From an uncultured Gemmatimonadales bacterium (GTDB lineage Bacteria; Gemmatimonadota; Gemmatimonadetes; Longimicrobiales; RSA9): 64,000 nt of DNA. This document shows positions 59,883 to 64,000 of the stretch, piece after piece. The translations under genes and the position numbers were made by a program. Under the pieces are notes generated by a model. The model searched no databases and was not told where the DNA came from. It saw only the letters and a list, made by a program, of their open reading frames with translations. Where the stretch lies: assembly GCA_963783305.1 (NCBI GenBank), contig CAWAMW010000014.1:1-64000 (forward strand), written 5' to 3'. The first letter of the stretch is position 1, and each line of letters begins with the position of its first letter.

Positions 59883-61075
59883 GCCTGATCGCGGACGCCC
59901 TCAAGCGCGCGCAGGAGCAGCGGAGCGGGGGCAGCACCACTGACGACAGGGCCCGGCGGATGCTGCGGGCGCCGGGTCCGCTCCGCGTCGATGCCGCCGA
60001 GAGCACGGTGATGACGAGGCCGTTGGCGCTTGCCGTCACCGCCGTGGTGGCGGCCGCGCTGATCCTGGCGGGCTCCATCGTCATGGCGCCGGATGTGGAG
60101 CCGGTCTCGCCGCGCCTTCCGGCCGGCATCTCGAGCGGGGAAGCGCTTCCTCGCAGCGCGGTCGCCGGGGCTCCCGAGGGACTTGCAGTGAATGGGCCTG
60201 ACGGGATCCCGGAGGGTCTGTCAGAACAGATCCTGGACGCTCGCGGTGTGGCTCCGGAGCGGCGCGCGGGTGGGCATCAGGGCGGGGACCGGCCGCAGTC
60301 GGCAGCGCGGACCGGCAGCGGGACGGGGGGGGGCGGGGCCGAGGCGGGATCCGGTGCCGTCTCGTCCGCCCGGGCGCTGAACCCGACCGCCCCTGCGGAG
60401 GCCCCGCCCGGGGCCGGCAGAGCCGATTCACGAGGCGCGACGCAGCGAGAGGACGGCGGCTCGTTCCGGATCCGTGTCCGCGGTGGCCTGGAGGCGCGGA
60501 CGGCGGAGGAGCATGTGGTGGCGGCCCTCTCGGCGCATCGCGCGGGTGACCTGACGCGGGCTGCGTCCCTGTATCGTTCGGCGCTGGAGCTCCGGCCGGG
60601 GGACGCGGAGCTCTGGAACAACCTGGGAACGGTCTATCGGGCCCTCTCCCTGCCGGAGGAAGCGCTCGTGGCGCTGCGGGCGGCGGTGGAGGCGGAGCCG
60701 AGGTACGCGCCGGCATGGAGCAATCTGGGGGTGGTACTGGACATGCTCGATCGAGAGGGGGAGGCCATGGAAGCGTTCCGGGAAGCGCTGCGGCGCGATC
60801 CGGGCAACCTGGGAGCCAAGGTCAACCTGGCGAACAAGTACCACGCGCTGGGGATGCGGGGCGATGCTCGACGGCTCCTGGGCGAGGTGCTGCGGGTGGA
60901 CCCGGCGCTCCCGGAAGCGCATTACGGTCTGGCGCGGGTGCAGGAGGACGAGGGGGAGATCGACGAGGCCGTGCGGCACTATGGTCTGTTCCTGGAGCTG
61001 GGTCGGGGCCGGTTCCCGGCGCTCGAGGAGCGGGTGGCGGATCACCTGGTCGGGCTGTCGGGAGCGGATCGGTGA
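59879..61075 (+). CDS. MshN-like TPR protein
   Basis: MSLIADALKRA N-terminus, TM helix, Pro/Gly linker, about 5 TPRs (WNNLG, AWSNLG, NLA, AHYGLA). Confidence 0.8.
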   Translation: MSLIADALKRAQEQRSGGSTTDDRARRMLRAPGPLRVDAAESTVMTRPLALAVTAVVAAALILAGSIVMAPDVEPVSPRLPAGISSGEALPRSAVAGAPEGLAVNGPDGIPEGLSEQILDARGVAPERRAGGHQGGDRPQSAARTGSGTGGGGAEAGSGAVSSARALNPTAPAEAPPGAGRADSRGATQREDGGSFRIRVRGGLEARTAEEHVVAALSAHRAGDLTRAASLYRSALELRPGDAELWNNLGTVYRALSLPEEALVALRAAVEAEPRYAPAWSNLGVVLDMLDREGEAMEAFREALRRDPGNLGAKVNLANKYHALGMRGDARRLLGEVLRVDPALPEAHYGLARVQEDEGEIDEAVRHYGLFLELGRGRFPALEERVADHLVGLSGADR

Positions 61076-61692
61076 AGCGCGTTGCATGGGGCGCGGTCTC
61101 GAGCGTGGTCCTCTGCGCGCTGGGGTGTGGTGGAGGCACGGTCGCACCCGTGTCCGGCCCGCCTCACCCTCTACCGGACGCGGCGCGTCCGGAGGTCGTG
61201 GTCGTGGAGCCGGCCATGGAGAGGGTGGATTCAGTGCTCCCGCGCGTCCACGTGGAGCAGGTGGCGGTGGGCCCGGGAATGGCAAGCGGGCCGCTCGGGA
61301 TTCCGGTGGAGGACGAGGCGCCGGCGGTGGTGGAGGGGGTCGCCGAGTCGGGGCCGCCGACGGTGACGCTTACGGCCGTGGGAACCGAGATTCGGTCGCT
61401 GCTCGTGGTGCTGGCGGAGGCCGCGGGGGTCGATCTTCTCGTGGATCCCGCCGTGGTGGGGCGCGTGACGGTCCATTTTCAGGATGTCCCGGCCCGTGAG
61501 GCGCTGGAGCAGGTGATCCGTGGGACCGGCTACATGGTTGCCCGTCCGCTTACGGCGCCGTTCCCGCCCACCGTGTTCTACGTAGTGCCGGTGAATGTGG
61601 ACGAGGCGGACGCGGCGACGATCCGCGCCCGCTTCGACGTCTCCTCGGAACTGGCGTGGTACATCCTGCGATCGCGGATCCCACGGCACTGA
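61072..61692 (+). CDS. Lipoprotein with secretin-N0/STN domain and HhH-like tail
   Basis: GTG overlaps the upstream TGA; lipobox ALGC; VTLTAVGTEIRSLLVVLAEAAGVDLLVDPAVVGRVTVHFQDVPAREALEQV. Confidence 0.7.
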   Translation: MKRVAWGAVSSVVLCALGCGGGTVAPVSGPPHPLPDAARPEVVVVEPAMERVDSVLPRVHVEQVAVGPGMASGPLGIPVEDEAPAVVEGVAESGPPTVTLTAVGTEIRSLLVVLAEAAGVDLLVDPAVVGRVTVHFQDVPAREALEQVIRGTGYMVARPLTAPFPPTVFYVVPVNVDEADAATIRARFDVSSELAWYILRSRIPRH

Positions 61693-61700
61693 TGGGGCGC

Positions 61701-62243
61701 CTAGTTGATCGGCAGTGCAAAGAAGCGGATCGTATCCTCCCCGGCGCTCGTGAAGCGCAGGCGTCCCAGGATCGAATCGTTGGCTTCGTCGATGTTCGCG
61801 TCGATCCGCTGGAACTCGGGGTAGGCCACGCCCGAGATGGAGACGGTAAGGTAGTCCACGCCGTCCTCGGTGCGGATCTCGAAGCCATCCTGGATCAGTC
61901 CGCCGAACCCTGTCTCCAGCGTGCCCGTGGGGATCGAACGATCGATGTAGGGGCCTTCCCAGCGCGAGGTCAGGCCGGAGGGGTAGTTGTTGCCGCTGAT
62001 ATCGGTGTCCGTCCCATCGATCGGCGACACCAGGTCCTCGATGTCGGCGGGGTACCGATGGACGTTCACGAGGAACGCCTCCACACCGGAGCGGAGATTC
62101 GTGATGTCGCCGGTTACCCGGCCCACATCGGCCTTCCGGACCTGGTTGCTCACGGTGGGGACGAGGATGGCGGCCAGCGCGGCGAGAATCGCCAGGATGA
62201 CCAACACTTCGACGAGGGTGAAGCCTTTGCGGTTCATGGGCAT
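61701..62243 (-). CDS. Type IV pilin / GspG-like major pseudopilin (start 62237, 62243 or 62273)
   Basis: Class III signal NRKG|FTLVEVLVILAILAALAAILVP, RYPADIEDLV, WEGPYI. Confidence 0.85.
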   Translation of the reverse strand: MPMNRKGFTLVEVLVILAILAALAAILVPTVSNQVRKADVGRVTGDITNLRSGVEAFLVNVHRYPADIEDLVSPIDGTDTDISGNNYPSGLTSRWEGPYIDRSIPTGTLETGFGGLIQDGFEIRTEDGVDYLTVSISGVAYPEFQRIDANIDEANDSILGRLRFTSAGEDTIRFFALPIN

Positions 62244-62298
62244 CGTTCGGTTCAATGGGTCGGGTTGCATCATGCTGTTCGGAGCATACAACCGGAGT

Positions 62299-62335
62299 GT
62301 TACTGCGGCGTTACTCGACCGGCTCCGAATGTAAC
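62299..62335. promoter_or_regulatory. Candidate operator: GTTACT direct repeats 11 bp apart plus an inverted GTAAC
   Basis: 62299-62304, 62310-62315 and 62331-62335, in the divergent intergenic region. Confidence 0.4.
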
Positions 62336-62368
62336 GGCGTCGCCACGGGCGGCCCGTGAGGTGGGGCC

Positions 62369-64000
62369 GTGACGTATCGCCTGCGTCTGTTCGGCCCACC
62401 GGTTCTGGTCGATGGAGACGGCGAGATCCCGTCGGGCCTCGGCCCTGGCAAACCCCTGGCTGTGCTCTGTTACCTCGCCCGTGAGGGAGAGGTCCGTCGG
62501 GAGACCGTGACGGCACTCCTCTGGGGGGAGTCCAGCGAGTCCAAGGCGCGCAACGCCTTCCGGCAGGCGCTTCATCGGCTGCGTTCCGCGCTGGGCGCGG
62601 ACCTGGTCCCCCACGACCCGGACACGGTCCGGATCGCGGGCGGGATCGACCTCTGGGTCGACACGGTCGAGTTCGAGCGGGCGCTGGCGGAGGGCCGGCC
62701 GGAGGACGCCGTCGAGCTGGTGGCGGGGGATTTCCTGGAAGGCTTCGAAGTCGGGGAGCCGGACTTTGACCACTGGGCGGACGGAGAGCGGGCGCGGCTC
62801 CGGGCCCGGTTCCGGGGCGCCCTTCGGGATGCGGCGGGGAACGCGCTGGGAGAGGGTCGCCTGGACGAGGCGGTGCGGCAGGCGCGGAGACTGGCGGAGG
62901 AGGACCCGCTGGACTCGGTGGCCGCGGTACTGGAAGCGAAGACGCTGACGGCGGCGGGCCGGGCGGAGGAAGGCCGTCGGCTGCTGACAGAGCACGTCGA
63001 GCGGTACCGCGCGGAAGTGGGGGACGACCCGCCGGAGGATGTAGCCACCGCGCTCTCGGGGCTGCGAGAACCGGAGGGAGAGTCGCAGGCTGCCCCGGCG
63101 GCGGTGGAGTCCACGCTGCGGCCGGAAGCGGTGAACGCACTGCTGGCGGTGTGGCGGTCGGCGGTGGAGGGCGACGCCGGCGTCGTGCTGCTGGAGGGTG
63201 AGCGAGGCTCGGGGAAGACGTGGATGGTGGACGAACTGATCCGCCGGGCCCGACCGCTGGACCGCCCGATGGTGCTCCGTGGCGAGGAGCGAATGGGCCG
63301 GCACGGGCTGCCGTTCGCCCCGGTGGCGGAGGCGCTGCGGGGCGTGTTGAGGGCGCGCGGTCTGGCGGGCGCGAGCACGCACCTCCTGGCGGAGGCCGCC
63401 CGTCTGCTGCCGGAGCTGAGGGACCGGTTCGACCTGCCGCTCCCTCCTCGGATCGACGACGAAACGGGACGCCTCCGCTTCTACGAGGGCGTGGCGTCGG
63501 TGCTGGACGCGGTGGCGTTCGAGCAGCCGGTGCTGCTGGTACTGGAGGCGCTCGATCGAGCCGACCCGCCGACTCTCGAGCTGGTGCAGTTCCTGACCTC
63601 ACGGCTGGGCGACGCGTCGATCCTGTTCGTCCTGAGCCACGAGGGTGGACGTGGCGGGGGGGTGCGAGAGCGGTTTGCCGGTGCGGATCTCATGACGCTG
63701 GCGCCTCTCTCGGTTCCGCGACTGGAAGCGCTGCTGGAGGTGCGGCTCCCGGACCTCGGCCCCATGGCGCGGGCGGAAGTGGCGGCGGCGTCGGATGGCA
63801 ATCCGGGGCGGGCGTTGGAGCTGGGTCAGCGCCGGCTGAGGGGAGAGCCCATCGGGGGAGCGCCAGTGCCGCTCCGCGACGCGCTGCGGGGGCGCCTCGC
63901 GGCGCGGAGCCCCCGAGAGCGTCGGATCCTGCTGGTGCTGGCACTGGTGGAGCGGCCGCTCCCCATCCGACTGGTGGCGGCGGCGAGCCACCTCCCGGAG
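62369..64000 (+). CDS. SARP/AfsR-like regulator: winged HTH, BTAD and STAND AAA ATPase (partial, runs off the window)
   Basis: Translated by hand from GTG 62369: RLRLFGPP..KPLAVLCYLA..LLWGES..ARNAFRQALHRLRSALG..GDFLEGF..FDHWADGERARL..DPLDS..GERGSGKT..SDGNP; missing from the ORF track because it has no stop in the window. Confidence 0.88.
   Translation, partial: MTYRLRLFGPPVLVDGDGEIPSGLGPGKPLAVLCYLAREGEVRRETVTALLWGESSESKARNAFRQALHRLRSALGADLVPHDPDTVRIAGGIDLWVDTVEFERALAEGRPEDAVELVAGDFLEGFEVGEPDFDHWADGERARLRARFRGALRDAAGNALGEGRLDEAVRQARRLAEEDPLDSVAAVLEAKTLTAAGRAEEGRRLLTEHVERYRAEVGDDPPEDVATALSGLREPEGESQAAPAAVESTLRPEAVNALLAVWRSAVEGDAGVVLLEGERGSGKTWMVDELIRRARPLDRPMVLRGEERMGRHGLPFAPVAEALRGVLRARGLAGASTHLLAEAARLLPELRDRFDLPLPPRIDDETGRLRFYEGVASVLDAVAFEQPVLLVLEALDRADPPTLELVQFLTSRLGDASILFVLSHEGGRGGGVRERFAGADLMTLAPLSVPRLEALLEVRLPDLGPMARAEVAAASDGNPGRALELGQRRLRGEPIGGAPVPLRDALRGRLAARSPRERRILLVLALVERPLPIRLVAAASHLPE

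Noticed and set aside
61701..63602. 633-aa minus-strand ORF
   Set aside because: Only the last ~180 codons (the pilin) are real; the rest is the Pro/Arg-rich shadow of the plus-strand regulator.

Overview
GC-rich bacterial DNA; the core is probably Gemmatimonadota-like (inferred from protein style, not searched). Four parts. (1) 1-8.5 kb is indel-riddled accessory DNA. A minus-strand REC-TrxB / cNMP histidine kinase / MmcQ block joins abruptly, at an 18-bp palindrome (~3720), to a 5'-truncated type I restriction-modification locus (hsdR'-hsdM-hsdS). Next comes a stand-alone DpnI-type winged-helix (m6A-reader) mini-gene with integron-cassette hallmarks, then the 3' half of tRNA-Gly(TCC) as an island att site. 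(2) 8.7-15.2 kb: TonB-dependent receptor, partner lipoprotein and hybrid sensor kinase. (3) 15.4-50.2 kb: the contiguous translation/transcription supercluster (tRNA-Thr, tuf, rpmG-secE-nusG, rplKAJL, rpoBC, str, second tuf, S10, spc, alpha, rpmB). Both tuf genes are followed by the same unusual array of 13-nt stop/Shine-Dalgarno repeats plus complementary hexamer repeats. (4) 50.3-64 kb: a nucleotide-sugar dehydrogenase, an MSHA-like type IV filament operon ending in a lipoprotein with a secretin-N0 domain and an HhH-like tail, a convergent GspG-like pilin, and a divergent SARP/BTAD-STAND regulator running off the window end. All family calls come from motif recognition by eye; no database searches were run.
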